Source: Auanema rhodensis
Taxonomy: Eukaryota; Animalia; Nematoda
DNA: 64,000 nt
Direction of reading: 5' to 3'
NCBI GenBank assembly: GCA_964057225.1
Contig: CAXKVF010000002.1
Coordinates: 62,001-126,000, forward strand
The notes under the pieces are model-generated. The model had not been told where the DNA came from. It was given only the letters and a program-made list of their open reading frames with translations, and ran no database searches. Position 1 is the first letter of the stretch. Every line of letters starts with the position of its first letter. Of the stretch, positions 45,301 to 60,900 are shown in pieces. The position numbers and the translations under genes are program-made.

Positions 45301-48300
45301 GTTCACTTGAAATGTACAACACAATTAGAAATCGCAATATATTGTATCGAGGAAAAACTCAAGGAAGATGCATATTTATCGTCTGTATTGCACATTTCAA
45401 CACCGTGGTATGAAGTTGTAATACTGTTTTTTTCATATTTTCTTAAAGAATATACAGAACCTAAATATCTTCACTTGAAATGTAAAATACAGTTTAAAAT
45501 CGCAATATATTGTATCGAGGAAAAACTGGAGGAAGATGCATATTATCGTCTGTATTGCACATTTCAACACCGTGGAATGAAGTTGTAATATTTTTTTTTT
45601 CATAGTTTCTTAAAGAATATACAAAACCTAAATATCTTCACATGAAATGTACAACACAATTAGAAATCGCAATATATTGTATCGAGGAAAAACTCAAGGA
45701 AGATGCATATTTATCGTCTGTATTGCACATTTCAACACTGTGAAATGAAGTTGTAATATTTTTTTTTTCATATTTTCTTAAAGAATATACAAAACCTAAA
45801 TATCTTCATATGAAATGTACAACACAATTAGAAATCGCAATATATTGTATCGAGGAAAAACTCAAGGAAGATGCATATTTATCGTCTGTATTGCACATTT
45901 CAACACCGTGGAATGAAGTTGTAATATTTTTTTTTTCATATTTTCTTAAAGAATATACAAAACCTAAATATCTTCACATGAAATGTACAACACAATTAGA
46001 AATTGCAATATATTGTGTCGAGGAAAAACTCAAGGTAGATGCATATTTATCGTCTGTATTGCACATTTCAACACGGTGGAATGAAGTTGTAATATTTTTT
46101 TTTCATATTTTCTTAAAGAATATACAAAACCTAAATATCTTCATATGAAATGTACAACACAATTAGAAATCGCAATATATTGTATCGAGGAAAAACTCAA
46201 GGAAGATGCATATTTATCGTCTGTATTGCACATTTCAACACGGTGGAATGAAGTTGTAATATTTTTTTTTTCATATTTTCTTAAAGAATATACAAAACCT
46301 AAATATCTTCACTTGAAATGTACAACACAGTTCAAAATCGCAATATATTGTATCGAGGAAAAACTCAAGGAAGATGCATATTTATCGTCTGTATTGCACA
46401 TTTCAACACGGTGGAATGAAGTTGTAATATTTTTTTTTCATATTTTCTTAAAGAATATACAAAACCTAAATATCTTCACATGAAATGTACAACACAGTTC
46501 AAAATCGGAATATATTGTATCGAGGAAAAACTCAAGGAAGATGCATATTTATCGTCTGTGTTGCACATTTCAACACTGTGGAATGAAGTTGTAATATTTT
46601 TTTTTCATATTTTCTTAAAGAATATACAAAACCTAAATATCTTCACTTGAAATGTACAACACAATTAGAAATCGCAATATATTGTGTCGAGGAAAAACTC
46701 AAGGTAGATGCATATTTATCGTCTGTATTGCACATTTCAACACGGTGGAATGAAGTTGTAATACTGTTTTTTTTCATATTTTCTTAAAGAATATACAAAA
46801 CCTTAGTATCTTCACTTGAAATGTACAACACAGTTTGAAATCGCAATATATTGTATCGAGGAAAAACTCAAGGAAGATGCATATTTATCGTCTGTATTGC
46901 ACATTTCAACACCGTGGAATGAAGTTCTAATATTTTTTTTTTCATATTTTCTTAAAGAATATACAAAACCTTAGTATCTTCACTTGAAATGTACAACACA
47001 GTTTGAAATCGCAATATATTGTATCGAGGAAAAACTCAAGGAAGATGCATATTTATCGTCTGTATTGCACATTTCAACACCGTGGAATGAAGTTCTAATA
47101 TTTTTTTTTTCATATTTTCTTAAAGAATATACAAAACCTTAGTATCTTCACTTGAAATGTACAACACAGTTTGAAATCGCAATATATTGTATCGAGGAAA
47201 AACTCAAGGAAGATGCATATTTATCGTCTATATTGCACATTTCAACACCGTGATATGAAGTTGTAATACTGTTTTTTTCATATTTTCTTAAAGAATATAC
47301 AAAACCTAAATATGTTCCCTTGAAATGTACAACACAATTAGAAATCGCAATATATTGTATCGAGGAAAAACTCAAGGAAGATGCATATTTATCGTCTGTA
47401 TTGCACATTTCAACACCGTGGAATGAAGTTGTAATATTTTTTTTTTCATATTTTCTTAAAGAATATACAAAACCTAAATATCTTCACTTGAAATGTACAA
47501 CACAGTTTAAAATCGCAATATATTGTATCGAGGAAAAACTCAAGGAAGATGCATATTTATCGTCTGTATTGCACATTTCAACACCGTGATATGAAGTTGT
47601 AATACTGTTTTTTTCATATTTTCTTAAAGAATATACAAAACCTAAATATCTTCACATGAAATGTACAACACAATTAGAAATCGCAATATATTGTATCGAG
47701 GAAAAACTCAAGGAAGATGCATATTTATCGTCTGTATTGCACATTTCAACACCGTGGAATGAAGTTGTAATACTGTTTTTTTCATATTTTCTTAAAGAAT
47801 ATACAAAACCTAAATATTTTCACTTGAAATGTACAACACAGTTTAAAATCGCAATATATTGTATCGAGAAAAAACTCGAGGAAGATGCATATTTATCGTC
47901 TGTATTGCACATTTAAACACCGTGGAATGAAGTTGTAATATTTTTTTTTTCATATTTTCTTGAAGAATATACAAAACCTTAGTATTTTCACTTGAAATGT
48001 ACAACACAATTAGAAAACGCAATATATTGTATCGAGGAAAAACTCAAGGAAGATGCATATTTATCGTCTGTATTGCACATTTCAACACGGTGGAATGAAG
48101 TTGTAATATTTTTTTTTTCATATTTTCTTAAAGAATATACAAAACCTAAATATCTTCACATGAAATGTACAACACAATTAGAAATCGCAATATATTGTAT
48201 CGAGGAAAAACTCAAGGAAGATGCATATTTATCGTCTGTATTGCACATTTCAACACCGTGGAATGATGTTGTAATACTGTTTTTTTCATATTTTCTTAAA

Positions 48301-51300
48301 GAATATACAAAACCTAAATATCTTCACTTGAAATGTACAACACAGTTTAAAATCGCAATATATTGTATCGAGGAAAAACTCAAGGAAGATGCATATTTAT
48401 CGTCTGTATTGCACATTTCAACACCGTGGAATGAAGTTTTAATACTGTTTTTTTCATATTTTCTTAGAGAATATACAAAACCTAAATATCTTCACTTGAA
48501 ATGTACAACACAGTTCAAAATCGCAAGGAAGATGCATATTTATCGTCTGTATTGCACATTTCAACACCGTGGAATGAAGTTTTAATACTGTTTTTTTCAT
48601 ATTTTCTTAGAGAATATACAAAACCTAAATATCTTCACTTGAAATGTACAACACAGTTTAAAATCGCAATATATTGTATCGAGGAAAAACTCAAGGAAGA
48701 TGCATATTTATCGTCTGTATTGCACATTTCAACACGGTGGAATGAAGTTGTAATATTTTTTTTTCATATTTTCTTAAAGAATATACAAAACCTAAATATC
48801 TTCACATGAAATGTACAACACAATTAGAAATTGCAATATATTGTATCGAGGAAAAACTCAAGGAAGATGCATATTTATCGTCTGTATTGCACATTTCAAC
48901 ACGGTGGAATGAAGTTGTAATATTTTTTTTTTTCATATTTTCTTAAAGAATATACAAAACCTGAATATCTTCACATGAAATGTACAACACAATTAGAAAT
49001 CGCAATATATTGTATCGAGGAAAAACTCAAGGAAGATACATATTTATCGTCTGTATTGCACATTTCAACACCGTGGAATGAAGTTGTAATATTTTTTTTT
49101 TCATATTTTCTTAAAGAATATACAAAACCTAAATATTTTCACTTGAAATGTACAACACAGTTTAAAATCGCAATATATTGTATCGAGAAAAAACTCGAGG
49201 AAGATGCATATTTATCGTCTGTGTTGCACATTTCAACACGGTGGAATGAAGTTGTAATATTTTTTTTTTCATATTTTCTTAAAGAATATACAAAACCTAA
49301 ATATCTTCACATGAAATGTACAACACAATTAGAAAACGCAATATATTGTATCGAGGAAAAACTCAAGGAAGATGCATATTTATCGTCTGTATTGCACATT
49401 TCAACACCGTGGTATGAAGTTGTAATACTGTTTTTTTCATATTTTCTTAAAGAATATACAAAACCTAAATATCTTCACTTGAAATGTACAACACAGTTTA
49501 AAATCGCAATATATTGTATCGAGAAAAAACTCAAGGAAGATGCATATTTATCGTCTGTATTGCACATTTCAACACCGTGGAATGAAGTTGTAATATTTTT
49601 TTTTTCATATTTTCTTGAAGAATATACAAAACCTTAGTATTTTCACTTGAAATGTACAACACAATTAGAAAACGCAATATATTGTATCGAGGAAAAACTC
49701 AAGGAAGATGCATATTTATCGTCTGTATTGCACATTTCAACACCGTGGTATGAAGTTGTAATACTGTTTTTTTCATATTTTCTTAAAGAATATACAAAAC
49801 CTGAATATCTTCACTTGAAATGTACAACACAGTTTAAAATCGCAATATATTGTATCGAGAAAAAACTCAAGGAAGATGCATATTTATCGTCTGTATTGCA
49901 CATTTCAACACCGTGGTATGAAGTTGTAATACTGTTTTTTTCATATTTTCTTAAGGAATATACAAAACCTAAATATCTTCACATGAAATGTACAACACAA
50001 TTAGAAATTGCAATATATTGTGTCTAGGAAAAACTCAAGGTAGATGCATATTTATCGTCTGTATTGCACATTTCAACACGGTGGAATGAAGTTGTAATAT
50101 TTTTTTTTCATATTTTCTTAAAGAATATACAAAACCTTAGTATTTTCACTTGAAATGTACAACACAATTAGAAAACGCAATATATTGTATCGAGGAAAAA
50201 CTCAAGGAAGATGCATATTTATCGTCTGTATTGCACATTTCAACACCGTGGTATGAAGTTGTAATACTGTTTTTTTCATATTTTCTTAAAGAATATACAA
50301 AACCTAAATATCTTCACTTGAAATGTACAACACAGTTTAAAATCGCAATATATTGTATCGAGAAAAAACTCAAGGAAGATGCATATTTATCGTCTGTATT
50401 GCACATTTAAACACCGTGGAATGAAGTTGTAATATTTTTTTTTTCATATTTTCTTGAAGAATATACAAAACCTTAGTATTTTCACTTGAAATGTACAACA
50501 CAATTAGAAAACGCAATATATTGTATCGAGGAAAAACTCAAGGAAGATGCATATTTATCGTCTGTATTGCACATTTCAACACGGTGGAATGAAGTTGTAA
50601 TATTTTTTTTTTCATATTTTCTTAAAGAATATACAAAACCTAAATATCTTCACATGAAATGTACAACACAATTAGAAATCGCAATATATTGTATCGAGGA
50701 AAAACTCAAGGAAGATGCATATTTATCGTCTGTATTGCACATTTCAACACCGTGGAATGATGTTGTAATACTGTTTTTTTCATATTTTCTTAAAGAATAT
50801 ACAAAACCTAAATATCTTCACTTGAAATGTACAACACAGTTTAAAATCGCAATATATTGTATCGAGGAAAAACTCAAGGAAGATGCATATTTATCGTCTG
50901 TATTGCACATTTCAACACCGTGGAATGAAGTTTTAATACTGTTTTTTTCATATTTTCTTAGAGAATATACAAAACCTAAATATCTTCACTTGAAATGTAC
51001 AACACAGTTCAAAATCGCAAGGAAGATGCATATTTATCGTCTGTATTGCACATTTCAACACCGTGGAATGAAGTTTTAATACTGTTTTTTTCATATTTTC
51101 TTAGAGAATATACAAAACCTAAATATCTTCACTTGAAATGTACAACACAGTTTAAAATCGCAATATATTGTATCGAGGAAAAACTCAAGGAAGATGCATA
51201 TTTATCGTCTGTATTGCACATTTCAACACGGTGGAATGAAGTTGTAATATTTTTTTTTCATATTTTCTTAAAGAATATACAAAACCTAAATATCTTCACA

Positions 51301-51900
51301 TGAAATGTACAACACAATTAGAAATTGCAATATATTGTATCGAGGAAAAACTCAAGGAAGATGCATATTTATCGTCTGTATTGCACATTTCAACACCGTG
51401 GAATGAAGTTGTAATACTGTTTTTTTCATATTTTCTTAAAGAATATACAAAACCTAAATATCTTCACTTGAAATGTACAACACAGTTTAAAATCGCAATA
51501 TATTGTATCGAGAAAAAACTCGAGGAAGATGCATATTTATCGTCTGTGTTGCACATTTCAACACGGTGGAATGAAGTTGTAATATTTTTTTTTTCATATT
51601 TTCTTAAAGAATATACAAAACCTAAATATCTTCACTTGAAATGTACAACACAATTAGAAATCGCAATATATTGTATCGAGGAAAAACTCAAGGAAGATGC
51701 ATATTTATCGTCTGTATTGCACATTTGAACACCGTGATATGAAGTTGTAATACTGTTTTTTTCATATTTTCTTAAAGAATATACAAAACCTAAATATGTT
51801 CACTTGAAATGTACAACACAATTAGAAATCGCAATATATTGTATCGAGGAAAAACTCAAGGAAGATGCATATTTATCGTCTGTATTGCACATTTCAACAC
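42364..51900 (+). repeat. Dispersed block duplication, offset 6,497 bp: 42364-45403 matches 48861-51900; partial third copy at about 47880-48900
   Basis: ORF starts 42478/48975, 43150/49647, 43653/50150, 43989/50486, 44498/50995, 44803/51300 and 45307/51804 share the offset. Shared rare markers: acctgaata, atttaaacacc, cttgaagaa. Confidence 0.88.
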
Positions 51901-54900
51901 GGTGGAATGAAGTTATAATATTTTTTTTTTCATATTTTCTTAAAGAATATACAAAACCTAAATATCTTCACATGAAATGTACAACACAATTAGAAATCGC
52001 AATATATTGTATCGAGGAAAAACTCAAGGAAGATGCATATTTATCGTCTGTATTGCACATTTCAACACCGTGGAATGATGTTGTAATACTGTTTTTTTCA
52101 TATTTTCTTAAAGAATATACAAAACCTAAATATCTTCACTTGAAATGTACAACACAGTTTAAAATCGCAATATATTGTATCGAGAAAAAACTCGAGGAAG
52201 ATGCATATTTATCGTCTGTGTTGCACATTTCAACACGGTGGAATGAAGTTGTAATATTTTTTTTTTCATATTTTCTTAAAGAATATACAAAACCTAAATA
52301 TCTTCACATGAAATGTACAACACAATTAGAAATCGCAATATATTGTATCCAGGAAAAACTCAAGGAAGATGCATATTTATCGTCTGTATTGCACATTTCA
52401 ACACCGTGGAATGAAGTTGTAATATTTTTTTTTCATATTTTCTTAAAGAATATACAAAACCTAAGTATCTTCACTTGAAATGTACAACACAATTAGAAAT
52501 CGCAATATATTGTATCCAGGAAAAACTCAAGGAAGATGCATATTTATCGTCTGTATTGCACATTTCAACACCGTGGAATGAAGTTGTAATACTGTTTTTT
52601 TCATATTTTCTTAAGGAATATACAAAAACTAAATATCTTCACTTGAAATGTACAACACAGTTTGAAATCGCAATATATTGTATCGAGGAAAAACTCAAGG
52701 AAGATGCATATTTATCGTCTGTATTGCACATTTCAACACCGTGGAATGAAGTTGTAATATTTTTTTTTTCATATTTTCTTAAAGAATATACAAAACCTTA
52801 ATATGTTCACTTGAAATTTACAACACAATTAGAAATCGCAATATATTGTATCGAGGAAAAACTCAAGGAAGATGCATATTTATCGTCTGTATTGCACATT
52901 TCAACACCGTGGAATGAAGTTTTAATACTGTTTTTTTTCATATTTTCTTAGAGAATATACAAAACCTAAATATCTTCACTTGAAATGTACAACACAGTTC
53001 AAAATCGCAATATATTGTATCGAGGAAAAACTCAAGGAAGATGCATATTTATCGTCTGTATTGCACATTTCAACACGGTGGAATGAAGTTGTAATATTTT
53101 TTTTTCATATTTTCTTAAAGAATATACAAAACCTAAATATCTTCACATGAAATGTACAACACAATTAGAAATCGCAATATATTGTATCGAGGAAAAACTC
53201 AAGGAAGATGCATATTTATCGTCTGTATTGCACATTTCAACACCGTGGAATGAAGTTTTAATACTGTTTTTTTCATATTTTCTTAGAGAATATACAAAAC
53301 CTAAATATCTTCACTTGAAATGTACAACACAGTTCAAAATCGCAATATATTGTATCGAGGAAAAACTCAAGGAAGATGCATATTTATCGTCTGTATTGCA
53401 CATTTCAACACTGTGGAATGAAGTTGTAATATTTTTTTTTCATATTTTCTTAAAGAATATACAAAACCTAAATATCTTCACTTGAAATGTACAACACAAT
53501 TAGAAATCGCAATATATTGTATCGAGGAAAAACTCAAGGAAGATGCATATTTATCGTCTGTATTGCACATTTCAACACTGTGGAATGAAGTTGTAATATT
53601 TTTTTTTCATATTTTCTTAAAGAATATACAAAACCTTAGTATCTTCACTTGAAATGTACAACACAGTTTGAAATCGCAATATATTGTATCGAGGAAAAAC
53701 TCAAGGAAGATGCATATTTATCGTCTGTATTGCACATTTCAACACCGTGGAATGAAGTTGTAATATTTTTTTTTTCATATTTTCTTAAAGAATATACAAA
53801 ACCTTAGTATCTTCACTTGAAATGTACAACACAGTTTGAAATCGCAATATATTGTATCGAGGAAAAACTCAAGGAAGATGCATATTTATCGTCTGTATTG
53901 CACATTTCAACACCGTGGAATGAAGTTGTAATACTGTTTTTTTCATATTTTCTTAAGGAATATACAAAAACTAAATATCTTCACTTGAAATGTACAACAC
54001 AGTTTGAAATCGCAATATATTGTATCGAGGAAAAACTCAAGGAAGATGCATATTTATCGTCTGTATTGCACATTTCAACACCGTGGAATGAAGTTGTAAT
54101 ATTTTTTTTTTCATATTTTCTTAAAGAATATACAAAACCTAAATATCTTCACTTGAAATGTACAACACAATTAGAAATCGCAATATATTGTATCGAGGAA
54201 AAACTCAAGGAAGATGCATATTTATCGTCTGTATTGCACATTTCAACACCGTGATATGAAGTTGTAATACTGTTTTTTTCATATTTTCTTAAAGAATATA
54301 CAAAACCTAAATATGTTCACTTGAAATGTACAACACAATTAGAAATCGCAATATATTGTATCGAGGAAAAACTCAAGGAAGATGCATATTTATCGTCTGT
54401 ATTGCACATTTCAACACCGTGGAATGAAGTTTTAATACTGTTTTTTTCATATTTTCTTAGAGAATATACAAAACCTAAATATCTTCACTTGAAATGTACA
54501 ACACAGTTTAAAATCGCAATATATTGTATCGAGGAAAAACTCAAGGAAGATGCATATTTATCGTCTGTATTGCACATTTCAACACCGTGGAATGAAGTTT
54601 TAATACTGTTTTTTTCATATTTTCTTAGAGAATATACAAAACCTAAATATCTTCACATGAAATGTACAACACAATTAGAAATCGCAATATATTGTATCGA
54701 GGAAAAACTCAAGGAAGATGCATATTTATCGTCTGTATTGCACATTTCAACACCGTGGAATGAAGTTTTAATACTGTTTTTTTCATATTTTCTTAAAGAA
54801 TATACAAAACCTAAATATTTTCACTTGAAATGTACAACACAGTTTAAAATCGCAATATATTGTATCGAGAAAAAACTCAAGGAAGATACATATTTATCGT

Positions 54901-57900
54901 CTGTATTGCACATTTCAACACCGTGGAATGAAGTTGTAATATTTTTTTTTTCATATTTTCTTAAAGAATATACAAAACCTAAATATCTTCACATGAAATG
55001 TACAACACAATTAGAAATCGCAATATATTGTATCGAGGAAAAACTCAAGGAAGATGCATATTTATCGTCTGTATTGCACATTTCAACACCGTGGAATGAA
55101 GTTGTAATATTTTTTTTTTCATATTTTCTTAAAGAATATACAAAACCTAAATATCTTCACTTGAAATGTACAACACAATTAGAAAACGCAATATATTGTA
55201 TCGAGGAAAAACTCAAGGAAGATGCATATTTATCGTCTGTATTGCACATTTCAACACCGTGGTATGAAGTTGTAATACTGTTTTTTTCATATTTTCTTAA
55301 AGAATATACAGAACCTAAATATCTTCACTTGAAATGTAAAATACAGTTTAAAATCGCAATATATTGTATCGAGGAAAAACTGGAGGAAGATGCATATTAT
55401 CGTCTGTATTGCACATTTCAACACCGTGGAATGAAGTTGTAATATTTTTTTTTTCATAGTTTCTTAAAGAATATACAAAACCTAAATATCTTCACATGAA
55501 ATGTACAACACAATTAGAAATTGCAATATATTGTGTCGAGGAAAAACTCAAGGTAGATGCATATTTATCGTCTGTATTGCACATTTCAACACGGTGGAAT
55601 GAAGTTGTAATATTTTTTTTTTCATATTTTCTTAAAGAATATACAAAACCTAAATATCTTCACATGAAATGTACAACACAATTAGAAATTGCAATATATT
55701 GTGTCGAGGAAAAACTCAAGGTAGATGCATATTTATCGTCTGTATTGCACATTTCAACACGGTGGAATGAAGTTGTAATATTTTTTTTTTCATATTTTCT
55801 TAAAGAATATACAAAACCTAAATATCTTCACATGAAATGTACAACACAGTTTGAAATCGCAATATATTGTATCGAGGAAAAACTCAAGGAAGATGCATAT
55901 TTATCGTCTGTATTGCACATTTCAACACCGTGGAATGAAGTTCTAATATTTTTTTTTTCATATTTTCTTAAAGAATATACAAAACCTTAGTATCTTCACT
56001 TGAAATGTACAACACAGTTTGAAATCGCAATATATTGTATCGAGGAAAAACTCAAGGAAGATGCATATTTATCGTCTGTATTGCACATTTCAACACCGTG
56101 GAATGAAGTTCTAATATTTTTTTTTTCATATTTTCTTAAAGAATATACAAAACCTTAGTATCTTCACTTGAAATGTACAACACAATTAGAAATCGCAATA
56201 TATTGTATCGAGGAAAAACTCAAGGAAGATGCATATTTATCGTCTGTATTGCACATTTCAACACCGTGATATGAAGTTGTAATACTGTTTTTTTCATATT
56301 TTCTTAAAGAATATACAAAACCTAAATATCTTCACATGAAATGTACAACACAATTAGAAATCGCAATATATTGTATCGAGGAAAAACTCAAGGAAGATGC
56401 ATATTTATCGTCTGTATTGCACATTTCAACACCGTGATATGAAGTTGTAATACTGTTTTTTTCATATTTTCTTAAAGAATATACAAAACCTAAATATCTT
56501 CACATGAAATGTACAACACAATTAGAAATCGCAATATATTGTATCGAGGAAAAACTCAAGGAAGATGCATATTTATCGTCTGTATTGCACATTTCAACAC
56601 CGTGGAATGAAGTTGTAATATTTTTTTTTCATATTTTCTTAAAGAATATACAGAACCTAAATATCTTCACTTGAAATGTACAACACAATTAGAAATCGCA
56701 ATATATTGTATCGAGGAAAAACTCAAGGAAGATGCATATTTATCGTCTGTATTGCACATTTCAACACCGTGGAATGAAGTTTTAATACTGTTTTTTTCAT
56801 ATTTTCTTAGAGAATATACAAAACCTAAATATCTTCACTTGAAATGTACAACACAGTTTAAAATCGCAATATATTGTATCGAGGAAAAACTCAAGGAAGA
56901 TGCATATTTATCGTCTGTATTGCACATTTCAACACCGTGGAATGAAGTTTTAATACTGTTTTTTTCATATTTTCTTAGAGAATATACAAAACCTGAATAT
57001 CTTCACATGAAATGTACAACACAATTAGAAATCGCAATATATTGTATCGAGGAAAAACTCAAGGAAGATGCATATTTATCGTCTGTATTGCACATTTCAA
57101 CACCGTGGAATGAAGTTTTAATACTGTTTTTTTCATATTTTCTTAAAGAATATACAAAACCTAAATATTTTCACTTGAAATGTACAACACAGTTTAAAAT
57201 CGCAATATATTGTATCGAGAAAAAACTCGAGGAAGATGCATATTTATCGTCTGTGTTGCACATTTCAACACGGTGGAATGAAGTTGTAATATTTTTTTTT
57301 TTCATATTTTCTTAAAGAATATACAAAACCTAAATATCTTCACATGAAATATACAACACAATTAGAAATCGCAATATATTGTATCGAGGAAAAACTCAAG
57401 GAAGATACATATTTATCGTCTGTATTGCACATTTCAACACCGTGGAATGAAGTTGTAATATTTTTTTTTTCATATTTTCTTAAAGAATATACAGAACCTA
57501 ATAATCTTCACATGAAATGTACAACACAATTAGAAATTGCAATATATTGTGTCGAGGAAAAACTCAAGGTAGATGCATATTTATCGTCTGTATTGCACAT
57601 TTCAACACGGTGGAATGAAGTTGTAATATTTTTTTTTTCATATTTTCTTAAAGAATATACAAAACCTAAATATCTTCACATGAAATGTACAACACAATTA
57701 GAAATTGCAATATATTGTGTCGAGGAAAAACTCAAGGTAGATGCATATTTATCGTCTGTATTGCACATTTCAACACGGTGGAATGAAGTTGTAATATTTT
57801 TTTTTTCATATTTTTTTAAAGAATATACAAAACCTTAGTATTTTCACTTGAAATGTACAACACAATTAGAAAACGCAATATATTGTATCGAGGAAAAACT

Positions 57901-60900
57901 CAAGGAAGATGCATATTTATCGTCTGTATTGCACATTTCAACACCGTGGTATGAAGTTGTAATACTGTTTTTTTCATATTTTCTTAAAGAATATACAAAA
58001 TCTTAGTATCTTCACTTGAAATGTACAACACAGTTTGAAATCGCAATATATTGTATCGAGGAAAAACTCAAGGAAGATGCATATTTATCGTCTGTATTGC
58101 ACATTTCAACACCGTGGAATGAAGTTGTAATATTTTTTTTTTCATATTTTCTTAAAGAATATACAAAACCTAAATATCTTCACTTGAAATGTACAACACA
58201 ATTAGAAATCGCAATGTATTGTATCGAGGAAAAACTCAAGGAAGATGCATATTTATCGTCTGTATTGCACATTTCAACACCGTGGAATGAAGTTTTAATA
58301 CTGTTTTTTTCATATTTTCTTAGAGAATATACAAAACCTAAATATCTTCACTTGAAATGTACAACACAGTTTAAAATCGCAATATATTGTATCGAGGAAA
58401 AACTCAAGGAAGATGCATATTTATCGTCTGTATTGCACATTTCAACACCGTGGAATGATGTTGTAATACTGTTTTTTTCATATTTTCTTAAAGAATATAC
58501 AAAACCTAAATATGTTCACTTGAAATGTACAACACAATTAGAAATCGCAATATATTGTATCGAGGAAAAACTCAAGGAAGATGCATATTTATCGTCTGTA
58601 TTGCACATTTCAACACGGTGGAATGAAGTTGTAATATTTTTTTTTTCATATTTTCTTAAAGAATATACAAAACCTAAATATCTTCACATGAAATGTACAA
58701 CACAATTAGAAATCGCAATATATTGTATCGAGGAAAAACTCAAGGAAGATGCATATTTATCGTCTGTATTGCACATTTCAACACCGTGGAATGATGTTGT
58801 AATACTGTTTTTTTCATATTTTCTTAAAGAATATACAAAACCTAAATATCTTCACTTGAAATGTACAACACAGTTTAAAATCGCAGTATATTGTATCGAG
58901 GAAAAACTCAAGGAAGATGCATATTTATCGTCTGTATTGCACATTTCAACACGGTGGAATGAAGTTTTAATACTGTTTTTTTCATATTTTCTTAGAGAAT
59001 ATACAAAACCTAAATATCTTCACTTGAAATGTACAACACAGTTCAAAATCGCAAGGAAGATGCATATTTATCGTCTGTATTGCACATTTCAACACCGTGG
59101 AATGAAGTTTTAATACTGTTTTTTTCATATTTTCTTAGAGAATATACAAAACCTAAATATCTTCACTTGAAATGTACAACACAGTTTAAAATCGCAATAT
59201 ATTGTATCGAGGAAAAACTCAAGGAAGATGCATATTTATCGTCTGTATTGCACATTTCAACACGGTGGAATGAAGTTGTAATATTTTTTTTTCATATTTT
59301 CTTAAAGAATATACAAAACCTAAATATCTTCACATGAAATGTACAACACAATTAGAAATTGCAATATATTGTATCGAGGAAAAACTCAAGGAAGATGCAT
59401 ATTTATCGTCTGTATTGCACATTTCAACACCGTGGAATGAAGTTGTAATACTGTTTTTTTCATATTTTCTTAAAGAATATACAAAACCTAAATATCTTCA
59501 CTTGAAATGTACAACACAGTTTAAAATCGCAATATATTGTATCGAGAAAAAACTCGAGGAAGATGCATATTTATCGTCTGTGTTGCACATTTCAACACGG
59601 TGGAATGAAGTTGTAATATTTTTTTTTTCATATTTTCTTAAAGAATATACAAAACCTAAATATCTTCACTTGAAATGTACAACACAATTAGAAATCGCAA
59701 TATATTGTATCGAGGAAAAACTCAAGGAAGATGCATATTTATCGTCTGTATTGCACATTTCAACACTGTGGAATGAAGTTGTAATATTTTTTTTTCATAT
59801 TTTCTTAAAGAATATACAAAACCTTAGTATCTTCACTTGAAATGTACAACACAGTTTGAAATCGCAATATATTGTATCGAGGAAAAACTCAAGGAAGATG
59901 CATATTTATCGTCTGTATTGCACATTTCAACACCGTGGAATGAAGTTGTAATATTTTTTTTTTCATATTTTCTTAAAGAATATACAAAACCTTAGTATCT
60001 TCACTTGAAATGTACAACACAGTTTGAAATCGCAATATATTGTATCGAGGAAAAACTCAAGGAAGATGCATATTTATCGTCTGTATTGCACATTTCAACA
60101 CCGTGGAATGAAGTTGTAATATTTTTTTTTTCATATTTTCTTAAAGAATATACAAAACCTTAGTATCTTCACTTGAAATGTACAACACAGTTTGAAATCG
60201 CAATATATTGTATCGAGGAAAAACTCAAGGAAGATGCATATTTATCGTCTGTATTGCACATTTCAACACCGTGGAATGAAGTTGTAATACTGTTTTTTTC
60301 ATATTTTCTTAAGGAATATACAAAAACTAAATATCTTCACTTGAAATGTACAACACAGTTTGAAATCGCAATATATTGTATCGAGGAAAAACTCAAGGAA
60401 GATGCATATTTATCGTCTGTATTGCACATTTCAACACCGTGGAATGAAGTTGTAATATTTTTTTTTTCATATTTTCTTAAAGAATATACAAAACCTAAAT
60501 ATCTTCACTTGAAATGTACAACACAATTAGAAATCGCAATATATTGTATCGAGGAAAAACTCAAGGAAGATGCATATTTATCGTCTGTATTGCACATTTC
60601 AACACCGTGATATGAAGTTGTAATACTGTTTTTTTCATATTTTCTTAAAGAATATACAAAACCTAAATATGTTCACTTGAAATGTACAACACAATTAGAA
60701 ATCGCAATATATTGTATCGAGGAAAAACTCAAGGAAGATGCATATTTATCGTCTGTATTGCACATTTCAACACCGTGGAATGAAGTTTTAATACTGTTTT
60801 TTTCATATTTTCTTAGAGAATATACAAAACCTAAATATCTTCACTTGAAATGTACAACACAGTTTAAAATCGCAATATATTGTATCGAGGAAAAACTCAA

